Origin: a bacterium
GTDB taxonomy: Bacteria; JAMCPX01
NCBI GenBank assembly: GCA_037439545.1
Contig: JBBIVV010000010.1
Span: forward strand, 1-62,792
Length of the DNA: 62,792 nucleotides
Direction: 5' to 3'
Position 1 is the first letter of the stretch. Every line of letters starts with the position of its first letter. Positions 47,102 to 57,368 of this stretch are shown here, piece by piece. The notes beneath the pieces were generated by a model that was not told the origin of the DNA, searched no databases, and saw only the letters and a program-made list of their open reading frames with translations. The translations under genes were made by a program, and so were the position numbers.

Positions 47102-49311
47102 CAGATTGATTTACCTCTCTGCTCCTCGAACAACTCTCCTTCTTCAACAGCGGAAAGTTCTAATATAAATCTTGCTCCCCTCGGTCTATTGTCCTCCACC
47201 TTTATCGTGCCGTTATGTTCTGTAATAATCCTCTGAACTATTGCAAGGCCGAGCCCCGAGCCTCCTTTTTTCCTTGAATAGTATAGATCAAATATTCTGG
47301 ACTTGTCCAAATCATCTATTCCAACGCCCGTATCGCTGATCTCTATCCTGACAATCCCGTGCCGGCTGTCGTAACCCGACTTCAATGTGATTGCACCTGA
47401 ACCGTCTACAGCCCACACGGCATTTTCAAGAAGGTTTATAACGACCCTTCTGATCTGCGCCATGTCAAACTTAATCAAAGGCACCTGTTCATCTTTGTCA
47501 AATACAAACTGTATATTCTTGTGTGCTGAGGTATAAAGCGTATAAACTTCCGACAGCAGGTCATTTATGGAATTTAACCTCGGCTGACTTGCAGGCATAC
47601 GGGCAAAACTCGAGAATTCGTCCACGAGTTTTCTCAACTCGTCAACCTCGGTGACGATTATTCGGGTACACTCGTCGAACACTTCCTTGTCCGAAGGGAT
47701 TATCTCGAGGTATTTCCTCCGCAGCCTCTCTGCCGAAAGCCTTATGGGAGTAAGCGGGTTTTTTATCTCATGTGCCATCCTCTTTGCCACTTCCTGCCAT
47801 GTGGTGATCCTCTGCATCTTGATAAGATCGGTCACATCTTCAAAGACAACGATATAACCTCCGAGCTTTTTGGCCGTGCCCCGTAATATTGTCAACCTTA
47901 AAATGAAAATCTTATTCTGCCCCTGGGTATTCACGTTTATTTCCTTCGTGCTTGTTATTGCATTGGTCTTCCGCATGTCCTTCAGCATTTCTTCTGCAGG
48001 CAGTATGATGTCTTCCGGCATTATATCGTGATAGTATTTATCGACAGCGGATGACTGATCTATGTTCAGCAAACGCGCCGATGTCGCATTGATCATCGTT
48101 ATATAGCCGTCTTCATCGATCGCCACGACCCCTGATGAAATACTGTTCAGTATGGCCTCTATGTAAGCCTTTCTCTGTGCCTGTTCTGCATAAGCGAGAT
48201 TAAGGCTCTCTCTGCTCTGCTTCAATTCTTTTGTCATGATATTAAATGCGTCGACAAGATCGCCGACCTCGTCCTCGCTCTTTTTCTCGATGCTGACATC
48301 ATAGTCATTTGCAACAATCTTTCTTGTCGCCGACACAAGACCGTCGAGCTGAACAGATATCCCCTTTGCAAGATACACGCTCAGCCAGATAGAGGAGAAG
48401 ATCATAAGGAGAGATATAAGAACGAGAAACAACAGATAACTTGTTTTGAGATGTGGTTTCAGGATCTGCTGCTGCCGGTACTCGTTATAGCCCTGCTGAA
48501 TCTCTGCCATTTTCTCGACAAGGCTTTTCTGTATAAAGTAGCTCCCCACGACAAGTCCGACTGGCTGGGAAACACCCTGGACATAAATAGGAGCGAAGCC
48601 TTTAATCATGTCACTGGTCCCCATACTCTCTATATTGGTTTTGATATTCCCCTGCATTGCATCCGTCACCATATTTTTGCCGGTGGGATTAAAAGAGTTA
48701 TTTTGTTCTTTAACAAGCGCAAGGAGTTTTCCGTCTTCATTATACACCTCTATCGCGTTAAGGTTGTATTCCTTCATCTTACGTGTAATGAATTCGCTGA
48801 GTTCCCGCCTCGTATCGGATGATAAAATTCCCCTTTCTACAATCCCATTGCCTGTCGCATGAGAGAAAGAAATGGTGTTCTGCGCTACATTTTCATAGTA
48901 TGTCTTTGCGATATCCAGTGACTGCGTCAATGATCCTTCAATCTGATTGCTGAACCAGCTATTAATGGTGTGCGTTATGAATCCCGATGAGATTATAAAC
49001 ATTATTATTGTCGGTATAATCGAAAAGAAGACGAATGCGAGTGCGAGCTTTGTCCTTACCTTTAACCTTCCAAACGCCTGTTTTTCCCCGAATATAATCT
49101 TTATAGTGTTTCTGATAACAAGGAATAAAAGTAGGGCTATTAAAACAATGTTCAGGTTTATAAAACTGAACACGAGCGCATTTTTTGAGATCGGGACCTT
49201 AAGCGACACATGGTATATGTTGGATTCCAGCGACGTTAAGCCTATTAAAAGGGCTATAACTACGATGATAATGATAAATTCAATGCGTCTTTTTTTTGTC
49301 TCCGGGTCCAT
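47101..49311 (-). CDS. NtrY-like sensor histidine kinase (HAMP, PAS, HisKA, HATPase)
   Basis: WQEVAKRMAHEIKNPLTPI, DTGVG, GSGLGL. Confidence 0.92.
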   Translation of the reverse strand: MDPETKKRRIEFIIIIVVIALLIGLTSLESNIYHVSLKVPISKNALVFSFINLNIVLIALLLFLVIRNTIKIIFGEKQAFGRLKVRTKLALAFVFFSIIPTIIMFIISSGFITHTINSWFSNQIEGSLTQSLDIAKTYYENVAQNTISFSHATGNGIVERGILSSDTRRELSEFITRKMKEYNLNAIEVYNEDGKLLALVKEQNNSFNPTGKNMVTDAMQGNIKTNIESMGTSDMIKGFAPIYVQGVSQPVGLVVGSYFIQKSLVEKMAEIQQGYNEYRQQQILKPHLKTSYLLFLVLISLLMIFSSIWLSVYLAKGISVQLDGLVSATRKIVANDYDVSIEKKSEDEVGDLVDAFNIMTKELKQSRESLNLAYAEQAQRKAYIEAILNSISSGVVAIDEDGYITMINATSARLLNIDQSSAVDKYYHDIMPEDIILPAEEMLKDMRKTNAITSTKEINVNTQGQNKIFILRLTILRGTAKKLGGYIVVFEDVTDLIKMQRITTWQEVAKRMAHEIKNPLTPIRLSAERLRRKYLEIIPSDKEVFDECTRIIVTEVDELRKLVDEFSSFARMPASQPRLNSINDLLSEVYTLYTSAHKNIQFVFDKDEQVPLIKFDMAQIRRVVINLLENAVWAVDGSGAITLKSGYDSRHGIVRIEISDTGVGIDDLDKSRIFDLYYSRKKGGSGLGLAIVQRIITEHNGTIKVEDNRPRGARFILELSAVEEGELFEEQRGKSI

Positions 49312-49359
49312 GCTTATGTACTATAACAGGTGTTTGCATAGTTCAAGGGTTTAAGAGCC

Positions 49360-49425
49360 AATGCCCGGAGCCGTCCCGTGAGAGGATTTTATCATCTCAC
49401 GGGACAGACCATTGATCCGGGCATT
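49360..49425. terminator. Long stem-loop downstream of the TPR gene
   Basis: AATGCCCGGA/TCCGGGCATT outer stem and GTCCCGTGAGA/TCTCACGGGAC inner stem. Confidence 0.55.
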
Positions 49426-50180
49426 TATTTTTTGTCTTTTATAGATTCCAGCAGTTTCTGTGCGAGGGGCTTGTCAAACATAACCCAGTCAGCTCTGTAG
49501 GTCGGGGCCTTATAATTGATAAGCTTCTCCAATATTTTTCTTGCCTGATCATATTTCTCTTCTCTGATGTATACCTTGCCCAGGATAGCCATGGACAGGG
49601 TAAGATTAGGGTCTGACTTGAGAGATCTCTTAAGAAAATCCATCGCTTTCGTGTTGCTGCCGCTGACGATCCATGGCAGCTCATAGTACATTTCACCGTA
49701 ACCCTCGAGTATGTCCGCGTTTGTTTTATCGAGAGCATAAGCCTTGCCCATATATTCCTGAAAAACAGGCAATACCATGACGGCATTTAAAAGGCTTTTA
49801 TACTCGCTTTGCCTCCCAATGTTCCCGGCATACCAGTAATAGCCCCGTGCATCGTTCGGATTTATTTTTATGGCATGCTGCGCCGTTATCATGCCTTGCT
49901 CATAATCGTCCTGCGGACTCGTGTGGGTGAGCTTTGCCTGATCACCCATGGTCTCATATGCCCTTGATTCACCTATATATGCCCGGTAGATTACATCATT
50001 GTCTTTGGATTCCTGTATAATCTGATTGAACATATCTACCGCTTTCTTGAGATTTGAAATGTCTTTGTCATAATCATTCAATACCTTTTCTGCGTCACCG
50101 ATAGTTACCGCATACGCACTGAGCGAAAAAATAACAGTAAACGCAAGAACCAATGAAATTATAACCTTTGTTTTAAACAT
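49425..50180 (-). CDS. Secreted TPR protein, paralog 1
   Basis: Signal peptide ending AYA; TPR helices; YYELPW motif; start moved to ATG 50180 (SD AGGAG). Confidence 0.8.
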   Translation of the reverse strand: MFKTKVIISLVLAFTVIFSLSAYAVTIGDAEKVLNDYDKDISNLKKAVDMFNQIIQESKDNDVIYRAYIGESRAYETMGDQAKLTHTSPQDDYEQGMITAQHAIKINPNDARGYYWYAGNIGRQSEYKSLLNAVMVLPVFQEYMGKAYALDKTNADILEGYGEMYYELPWIVSGSNTKAMDFLKRSLKSDPNLTLSMAILGKVYIREEKYDQARKILEKLINYKAPTYRADWVMFDKPLAQKLLESIKDKK

Positions 50181-50270
50181 AATTTTTCTCCTTTGCTCAT
50201 ACAAGTATAGTTTATTTGTTTCATTCTCCATCTTTCAATCAAGTTATAAAAAAAGAGCCGTCAAAAGCGA

Positions 50271-50678
50271 TCACTCCCTGCTGTCTATGGCAAGGTTGGC
50301 AAGCCTGTCCGCTTCTTTATTCAATTCCCTCGGTATATGCTCCACAATGATGTGATCGAAACTCACGGCAAGGCTCATGTACACCCTGAAGAGTTTTCTT
50401 ATGTTCGGGTTTTTTACTGCATACCTGCCGTTAAGCTGGAATACAAGGAGCTGGGAATCAGAATTGATCTTCAATCTTTTTATTCCGAGCTGTTTCAGCG
50501 TTTCGAGGGCAAGAATCAGTGCATTATACTCTGCGACATTGTTTGTTGCATGACCGAGATACTTCGTCAATTGGATGGGTTCATCTTCAAGGCCATAGAT
50601 AACGGCCCCGCATCCAGCTTCGCCGGGATTGCCCCTTGATGCGCCGTCTATAAATACAATCACTTCTTTTTTGTTCAT
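50271..50678 (-). CDS. rnhA: Ribonuclease HI (short type)
   Basis: DGASRGNPG, TNNVAEY, SDSQL, HIPRELNKEADRLAN. Confidence 0.93.
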   Translation of the reverse strand: MNKKEVIVFIDGASRGNPGEAGCGAVIYGLEDEPIQLTKYLGHATNNVAEYNALILALETLKQLGIKRLKINSDSQLLVFQLNGRYAVKNPNIRKLFRVYMSLAVSFDHIIVEHIPRELNKEADRLANLAIDSRE

Positions 50679-50796
50679 ATGTAATCCATCAAATCACCCT
50701 TCCTTCTCCTTTATTTCATAGAGAAAGAGGGGGATTCATCATCAGAATTTCAAAGTTCCCTGTCGTGAGGGCATGGTGTCCCTGTCTGTAAGAATG

Positions 50797-51546
50797 CTAT
50801 TTCTTGTCCTTTATAGAATCCAGAAGCTTCTGTGCAAGAGGCTTGTCAAACATAGCCCAATCAGCCCTGAAGCTCGGCGTCTTGTAGTTTATAACCTTTC
50901 CCAATATCTCCCGTGCCTTCCCGTATTCATCTTCTTTGATGTATACCTTTCCCATGATAGTCATAGACAAGGTAAAATTGGGGTCGCTCTTTAAAGAGTT
51001 GTTGAGGAAGTCCAACGCTTTTTTATCACTGCCGCCCGCTATCCACGGCAGCTCGTAGTACATCTCTCCATAAGCCTCGAGTACGTTCTCATCTGTTTTG
51101 TCAATCGCATAAGCCTTGCCGAGGTATTTTTTAAAATCAGGCAGCATGAACAAAGAATTCAATACGCCTTTGTACTGCCCTACTCTGCCTATATTTGCTG
51201 CATACCAGAAATAACCCATTGCATTGGTGGGATCGGCTTTAATAGCCTCTCCAGCGGCAGCCTGACCCGCTTCATAAGACTTTAATGCATCCGTGTGGGC
51301 CGGCTTTGACTGATCTCCCATGGTCAGATATGTCCTTGCTTCATCGCAGTATGCCTGGGATATGATTTTGGGATCCTTGCTCTCTTTTATGACTTGTTCA
51401 AACATACCCATGGATTTCTGCAAGTTCGTAATGTCCTTATCGTAATCATTAAATACATTCTCAGCATCGGAAAGAGACAGTGCATGTGCATTTACCGTAA
51501 ACAGAAGCGCAAAAGCTATTACCATCATTGTTTTTAACTTAAACAT
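50797..51546 (-). CDS. Secreted TPR protein, paralog 2
   Basis: Signal peptide ending AHA; colinear with paralog 1 (shared C-terminus FDKPLAQKLLxSIKDKK). Confidence 0.8.
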   Translation of the reverse strand: MFKLKTMMVIAFALLFTVNAHALSLSDAENVFNDYDKDITNLQKSMGMFEQVIKESKDPKIISQAYCDEARTYLTMGDQSKPAHTDALKSYEAGQAAAGEAIKADPTNAMGYFWYAANIGRVGQYKGVLNSLFMLPDFKKYLGKAYAIDKTDENVLEAYGEMYYELPWIAGGSDKKALDFLNNSLKSDPNFTLSMTIMGKVYIKEDEYGKAREILGKVINYKTPSFRADWAMFDKPLAQKLLDSIKDKK

Positions 51547-51581
51547 GGTTCCCCCTTTTATTATAAATTTATTCGACTGTC

Positions 51582-52433
51582 TTATATTCCATAAGAGAAT
51601 CCTTCCTTCTTTAATAATTCCTCGACCGCTAAAGTAAAGCCTTCAGGACCTATCTCGTTTATTTTAACAATGTTATCCATACTTATGTCAATATGTTTGC
51701 CATCAGGCTTCTCGACGAGATAAGGAAGATCAACCTCTCTGAACATGGGCTCGTCATTTTTCCCTTCACCTATACCTGCCGTTATTATACCGGTAACCGT
51801 CTCTCTGTAGATTGAGGCAAGCACCTTTACTGCCTTACCTTTATCCGTGTTACCCATGAGATGATAAAATCTTGTTCCTGCATATACTTTAAGCCCGTGC
51901 TTCATGGAGAATTGTTTTATACCATCGAGCAGGCTTTCTTTTTTAATTATAAACGGTTCATCATGCCTTCTGTCTTTCGCCATGGCAGCAAGGTCCAACT
52001 GCAGGTTCAGGTAAGAAGCAACCTCTTGATCGCTCATATCTCCGAAACCGGTAATGCCATTGCCGAATTTTTTCTTCATCTGTTCAAAAACATGCCGGAG
52101 TGTCCTGTAATCGGTGCCAAGCTCTATGGCGACATAGCCTTCGGAGCTTTTAAATGGTAGGGACCGATGAGACCCCTGAAACCGCTTCAATTTCTTAAAC
52201 TGTTTTTCCGGTATGTAGACAGCTCCGCCATTTTCTACAATAAACGGTGATTCGTTGCCTGTCTTTTCCCTGAAATATACGACCTCGGCGTACGACTTAC
52301 TCGTACAGAATATAAGCGGGATATCAAAACGCCGGAGCAGATCCATACCTTTCCTGGAATATTTATAAGAATAAGTGTAGTAATCGAGCAGCGTGCCGTC
52401 AAGATCCGTAAAAACAATTAATTTGTTTTTCAT
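51582..52433 (-). CDS. mpgP: HAD-IIB hydrolase, mannosyl/glucosyl-3-phosphoglycerate phosphatase family
   Basis: FTDLDGTLLD, CTSKS, FIVENGG, DKGKAV, GEGKNDEPM; start ATG 52433. Confidence 0.82.
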   Translation of the reverse strand: MKNKLIVFTDLDGTLLDYYTYSYKYSRKGMDLLRRFDIPLIFCTSKSYAEVVYFREKTGNESPFIVENGGAVYIPEKQFKKLKRFQGSHRSLPFKSSEGYVAIELGTDYRTLRHVFEQMKKKFGNGITGFGDMSDQEVASYLNLQLDLAAMAKDRRHDEPFIIKKESLLDGIKQFSMKHGLKVYAGTRFYHLMGNTDKGKAVKVLASIYRETVTGIITAGIGEGKNDEPMFREVDLPYLVEKPDGKHIDISMDNIVKINEIGPEGFTLAVEELLKKEGFSYGI

Positions 52434-52491
52434 GTGCCGATTTAAATTAATTGCAGGACAGAAGCAATTTGTCCATTTTTCCTGCAAACCT

Positions 52492-53211
52492 TTATTTTTC
52501 TTTCAGCTTTGCCATTATCTGTGTGCCGGTAATCACCCACCTGTTGTTTTCATCGACGAATGTCCACTGCACTTTAGTCAACTCCGTCACTGTTTGGGGT
52601 ATGATGCCCTTTGTTACTATGGAAGTCCTTTGGTTCATTAAAGCTGATGCGGTGTTACCGGATACGTTTACCGTTATATTGTAGAAATTGACATCTATCG
52701 TATCATACCTGTTAAAATAATCTTCCAGTGCCTGCTTGTTCTGGTCATGATTGCCTGCAATATCCTCGAGGGCAAGCGCCACATTCTTCGTTGCCATCGC
52801 CTGTTTCTGCCTGTCAATAACGGCAAGTATTTGTTGTTTTGCAATGTCCTCCGGTGAAGGTCCCTGTGGCTGAGGTTGAGAAGCGGACGGTGTATTGACG
52901 GCTACACTGGTTGTTTCGTTCGCGGTTTTATTCTGAGCAGGCTGTTGCCCGGCACCAAGGACATGCCGCACCGGCTTTTCTTCTCTTGATCTTGTTTTTG
53001 CAGAGTGTTCAGTCTCATGCCGGACGGGTAAAGGCTGTCGAACTGCAGCAGGCGGCTGTGAAGCTGCAACTGTCTGTGACGGCAGGGCACCTTCTGTTTT
53101 AAGTGTAATGGTGATCTCTTCTTCACTTTTCTTCTTTGAACATGCAGAGAACAGAAGTACAGAAAGGAAAGCAATCCCCATGCCGATCATGATAAACTTT
53201 CTATAACTCAT
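52492..53211 (-). CDS. Lipoprotein with a low-complexity linker and C-terminal NTF2-like domain
   Basis: Lipobox FSAC; Pro/Gln/Ser linker; C-terminal alpha+beta domain ending ENNRWVIT. Confidence 0.65.
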   Translation of the reverse strand: MSYRKFIMIGMGIAFLSVLLFSACSKKKSEEEITITLKTEGALPSQTVAASQPPAAVRQPLPVRHETEHSAKTRSREEKPVRHVLGAGQQPAQNKTANETTSVAVNTPSASQPQPQGPSPEDIAKQQILAVIDRQKQAMATKNVALALEDIAGNHDQNKQALEDYFNRYDTIDVNFYNITVNVSGNTASALMNQRTSIVTKGIIPQTVTELTKVQWTFVDENNRWVITGTQIMAKLKEK

Positions 53212-54622
53212 ACGAAACTTCATAAATCTGCTGCGGCTCCTTTTTCCCCTTTACATATACCTTATCGAGCGGTTTTATGCTAATACTATCTTTAACTGCA
53301 TTGTATGTATTCTCACATATCAATATCTGTCCGCCCTTTGTCAATCCTTCTATTCTCGAGGCAAGGTTTACGGTATCACCTATGACAGTGTATTCAAGCC
53401 TTTTTTCAGAGCCCATGCTCCCTGCTACCACGGGGCCTGTTGCAATGCCGCATCCGACCGCAAGGCGCCTGCTTTTCCCTTCATTCCCCCATTTCTCGTT
53501 TAAAGCCTTCAACGCTCTCTGCATATCTATGGCAGTCTTAACCGCTCTCGATGGATCATCGTTGTGCGCATAAGGCGTGCCAAAAACAGACATAATCGCA
53601 TCACCTATATATTTATCCAGTGTGCCTTCATAAGTAAATATCACGTCCACCATTGCCGTAAAATATTCCTTCAATATACCGACAACCTCCTCAGGAGACA
53701 TTTGTTCCGACATGGACGTAAATCCCCTTATATCCTGAAACAGGATTGTCGCAATCTTACGCTCACCGGTAATCGAAACCTCCCTTCCCTGAATAAGTCG
53801 ATCTGCAACAAGTTCCGATACATACCGTTTAAAGGTCTGCTTTATATGCTCCCTTTCTTTTAATCCGTCGACCATGAAGTTAAAACTCGAAGCGAGCATC
53901 TGCATCTCATCTTTTGTTTTTACGATGACATGCTGCTCAAGATCGCCCTTCTGCACACTCTTCATGGCATCGACTATCCTGTATATAGGTTTTGTAATAT
54001 TCAAGGAAAGACCGAATGACGCAAGTATGCCGACAATGGTAAAGGTAAACGTGAAAAACAATGTTATCATACGGGCCTTATCCACAGACGCATCAAACCT
54101 GTACAGGGAATAACCGATACTCATGGTCCCTATGAAATTATTGTCCGGCTTCAGTACGACATCTATGGGGAGGAGGTGGCCGAGCCTGCTCATGAGCGGC
54201 CGGTACTCTGGCTGGACCTGTGTTTTTGTTATCTTTGCCTTCACGACACCGGGAAGATTCTTCGCGAATGTGTCGCTCTCCTTGCCGGCTATGTCGGTCA
54301 AAAGCGTCTTATTTATCTCCGCATCGACGATATCACCCGATTGATTTATGATAATGACATACAGTATATTGTCATCGAGCTGGGGGGCAAACTTCAGGAA
54401 TTGTTTTGCAAATGCCCATGGGTCTGCCGCATTCCCTCCGAGCAGGGCAAGCGCCCCGGTAATCTGCGCCATGTTTATCGCTTTGGATCGCATCTCCTGC
54501 TTCATGGCCGACTCCTGCCTTATTACAGAGGTGTAGGTAATTATACCCATGATGCTGAGCACTATTGCTGCAACAAGTATACCGAGCTTTACCTTAAGAC
54601 TTAAGAAAACGGCATTTTTCAT
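53201..54622 (-). CDS. Membrane class III adenylate/guanylate cyclase with HAMP domain
   Basis: Two TM helices, HAMP, FQDIRGFT, DKYIGDAIM, YTVIGDTVNLASR; start ATG 54622 overlaps the upstream stop. Confidence 0.92.
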   Translation of the reverse strand: MKNAVFLSLKVKLGILVAAIVLSIMGIITYTSVIRQESAMKQEMRSKAINMAQITGALALLGGNAADPWAFAKQFLKFAPQLDDNILYVIIINQSGDIVDAEINKTLLTDIAGKESDTFAKNLPGVVKAKITKTQVQPEYRPLMSRLGHLLPIDVVLKPDNNFIGTMSIGYSLYRFDASVDKARMITLFFTFTFTIVGILASFGLSLNITKPIYRIVDAMKSVQKGDLEQHVIVKTKDEMQMLASSFNFMVDGLKEREHIKQTFKRYVSELVADRLIQGREVSITGERKIATILFQDIRGFTSMSEQMSPEEVVGILKEYFTAMVDVIFTYEGTLDKYIGDAIMSVFGTPYAHNDDPSRAVKTAIDMQRALKALNEKWGNEGKSRRLAVGCGIATGPVVAGSMGSEKRLEYTVIGDTVNLASRIEGLTKGGQILICENTYNAVKDSISIKPLDKVYVKGKKEPQQIYEVSYEL

Positions 54623-55515
54623 AATACAAGATAATCGATACCCATCGTGTATATATAATGATAGCCGAGCTGGAACGAGTTGTACGCCGAATATTTCAAG
54701 GCCGTCGTTAAAAATATGTTCGGTGTTACGCTCAGCCTGATGCCGGGAACAAGATCGACCTTCCACTGCTGTACCGTGTAACCGACATTCAAATCCGTAA
54801 GCTGCCCCTGATTCATGACATTTACCTCGAAGAAGCCTGACATTGAAATCCCGAACGGTATACTGAACGCCGTATTGGCAATAATTATATCGTTGGGTTT
54901 AATGTTTGTAGACGGTGATTTTCCCGTCAATCTGTATCCTACATTCGAGTCCCACTGAACAATGTCCAGATCTTTCGTATAGGCAACATCAAGTTCAACG
55001 TCCGTGCCCTCTGAACCGACCTGCATGAAACCTGTCGGTAAATAGATTGTTCCGTAAACAGCAAGCATGGGCGAGTTCAGGACCTGATACATGAACCTGA
55101 TCGCAGGGTTGCTCAATCCGCTCCCGCTTCTTACTATACCGAATGTCGTGCCTGTAATGATCTGCCCCCAGTCAAAGCTCACATAAGGTATGCTTATGGA
55201 AAGGTTCATGTCAGAGGTCAGGTTATAACTTGCATTAAATATTTTATAAACGAGCCGTTCCCTCGGATCGCCGGCGAAGACCGTGTCTATGTCCTTGCCC
55301 ATGTACCTGTCTGCTTGCGCATAATACAGATAGAAGCCCGTATCCAGTATATTGGCCTGCCCTGATTTTGCGGTTAAGGTAAACAGCGGGAACGTGGTCT
55401 GTTTCTTGCCCTGAATGGATGCAATGCCTCCGATTGCCCCGAGCTGTGCGTATGCATTGGCAGCATGCATAAGTACAACAAAAATTACCAGTATGCCGAG
55501 GGCTTTGAGTTTCAT
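54619..55515 (-). CDS. Putative outer-membrane beta-barrel (MetA-pathway-of-phenol-degradation-like transporter)
   Basis: Signal peptide ending AYA; SIPYV, GLSNP, LPTG, alternating beta strands; start ATG 55515. Confidence 0.6.
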   Translation of the reverse strand: MKLKALGILVIFVVLMHAANAYAQLGAIGGIASIQGKKQTTFPLFTLTAKSGQANILDTGFYLYYAQADRYMGKDIDTVFAGDPRERLVYKIFNASYNLTSDMNLSISIPYVSFDWGQIITGTTFGIVRSGSGLSNPAIRFMYQVLNSPMLAVYGTIYLPTGFMQVGSEGTDVELDVAYTKDLDIVQWDSNVGYRLTGKSPSTNIKPNDIIIANTAFSIPFGISMSGFFEVNVMNQGQLTDLNVGYTVQQWKVDLVPGIRLSVTPNIFLTTALKYSAYNSFQLGYHYIYTMGIDYLVL

Positions 55516-57182
55516 TGCAGGGTTGGAACCGGCATACTGCCTGATGTGTTCGTCATTATCCAATTATAGATCATTGCATCGACATTATTTTTGGTTAACG
55601 TCGGATCGGAAAGCAGTACATCGAGGTGCGTGTAATTGGGCATAATGTGGATGTCAAACCCGCACGCAGACCTCGGCTGATTGCTGCAATTGCGTGCAGG
55701 CGGCAAAATGCCTTTGTACTGGTCGAATAATTGAGCATTCTGCTCAACGCCGGCACCTCCTCCGAATGCGATCACCGGTGCATCCATCTGCGGTGTGTAA
55801 AGTACATGCAGGCCCTGCTGATATCTCCAGTCCGTGATCTGTATAGGTCCGTAATCACCCCCTAATGCCATGGTATCCAACAGCAGCCTCGTGGGAAAAT
55901 ACCGCTCCGACATGGTCGTGTATGTGTTTGACAGTACGGCGGCAAGATCCGTGATACTCGTTATATGGTTCTCGCCGTTCCATGTATAGGTCACAGTACC
56001 CGTATTTGTGGGTTGAGATACAGTGACACCCGGAAAGAATGCACTCTGTGTCGATTTTAAAGGTCCATCCGGACTGCCCAGCGTTGCAGACATGATACTG
56101 ATAGGATTGAAATTGCGGTCCATTGCAAACCCGAGCATTGCAAGATTCGTTGCCTTGAACTGCATATTCCCGAGCAGGGCTGTAGCGATGAGGTCAAACT
56201 GCGATATCCGGAGCATGGGCGATATCTGGTTAGGTTCAAGCATGGCATACATGCCTTCTATCTGAACAAAGGTAAACATGTTTAAAAACATGGCTTCCAC
56301 GGCAGTACCAAGGGAGCCCATGGCAGAACCGATCAGACTCACGACCATAACATCGGATGGATTCTGTCTGAGCTGATCCAGACTCGGCATGGTGAAATTC
56401 ATACCCGATATATCTTGCGTAATGCCGGAGCCGGAAATATACTGTGACGCTGTCATGGTTTGCATCAGGCCAGAACCTCCGCCGTCGAGCAGGACGACAC
56501 CGGCGATGTTATCGTATCCTGGTTCCGGAGAAGTTACCGAATCGCTGAACTCATACCCGGCATAATCCTGTGCAATCCATGCACCCAGGGAATGCCCTCC
56601 GAGAAAGAGGTTTGTTTTCCGGTACTGCTGGGGTACAAGGGATATGATCGTATTAAGATCGCGAAGCGTCGTGTCAAGTCCCCACTCAGACATGTAGGAT
56701 ACTGAGGTTGTAGGCGGCATGCCTGCGTAGGTCTTGCCGTCAATGGTTGCCCCGCTGAAATAATAATCGACAGCACGCGAGGGATCCTTACTATTCCATG
56801 CTGCCTGCATACCGGTAAAGTCATTCAGGAGTACGGACCGCCTGTCGACGGCCCACACCTCGATATCGCCCTTTCCCATCTGTACGATAGCCCGTGCCAT
56901 CTCGTCAAAATCGCCGGCGCCTCCCAAAAGTCCTGGCATGAGAACAAGCAGTGCCTTAAGCTGTGCCGGTTCCGGGTTGTAATAGTATCGTGTGAATACC
57001 GCATAGTTATACATTGCTGGTGTTGTGGTAGAAAAAAAGGGATTTGCCGGTGCGGTAAAATTCGTGGGGACCTGATAATGTTTTATAATGACAGGGGATG
57101 GCTGAGTGCCGGTGCTGCTGCTTGAGCAGGATAGGATTGAAAACAACATGAACACGCTCAATACACCAAATATTCTTTTCAT
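55512..57182 (-). CDS. Alpha/beta-hydrolase lipoprotein
   Basis: Lipobox ILSC; MPGLLGG, WAVDRR, GHSLG nucleophile, LLDG, YTHLD; start ATG 57182. Confidence 0.82.
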   Translation of the reverse strand: MKRIFGVLSVFMLFSILSCSSSSTGTQPSPVIIKHYQVPTNFTAPANPFFSTTTPAMYNYAVFTRYYYNPEPAQLKALLVLMPGLLGGAGDFDEMARAIVQMGKGDIEVWAVDRRSVLLNDFTGMQAAWNSKDPSRAVDYYFSGATIDGKTYAGMPPTTSVSYMSEWGLDTTLRDLNTIISLVPQQYRKTNLFLGGHSLGAWIAQDYAGYEFSDSVTSPEPGYDNIAGVVLLDGGGSGLMQTMTASQYISGSGITQDISGMNFTMPSLDQLRQNPSDVMVVSLIGSAMGSLGTAVEAMFLNMFTFVQIEGMYAMLEPNQISPMLRISQFDLIATALLGNMQFKATNLAMLGFAMDRNFNPISIMSATLGSPDGPLKSTQSAFFPGVTVSQPTNTGTVTYTWNGENHITSITDLAAVLSNTYTTMSERYFPTRLLLDTMALGGDYGPIQITDWRYQQGLHVLYTPQMDAPVIAFGGGAGVEQNAQLFDQYKGILPPARNCSNQPRSACGFDIHIMPNYTHLDVLLSDPTLTKNNVDAMIYNWIMTNTSGSMPVPTLQ

Positions 57183-57368
57183 TCTTTTCTCCTTTTCTAC
57201 CTCCATATATTCATAGGTGTCATAAAAATGCAACACAAGCAGGAGAGGATACTGAGCACTATAAACGCACTCATCATGAGTCATACGGTAACAACGGTTA
57301 TTAAGGTTGTAGTATACGTTGACATGTTTTTGCGACTTCATATAGTATGGAAAGAAAGGCGGTTCCAT

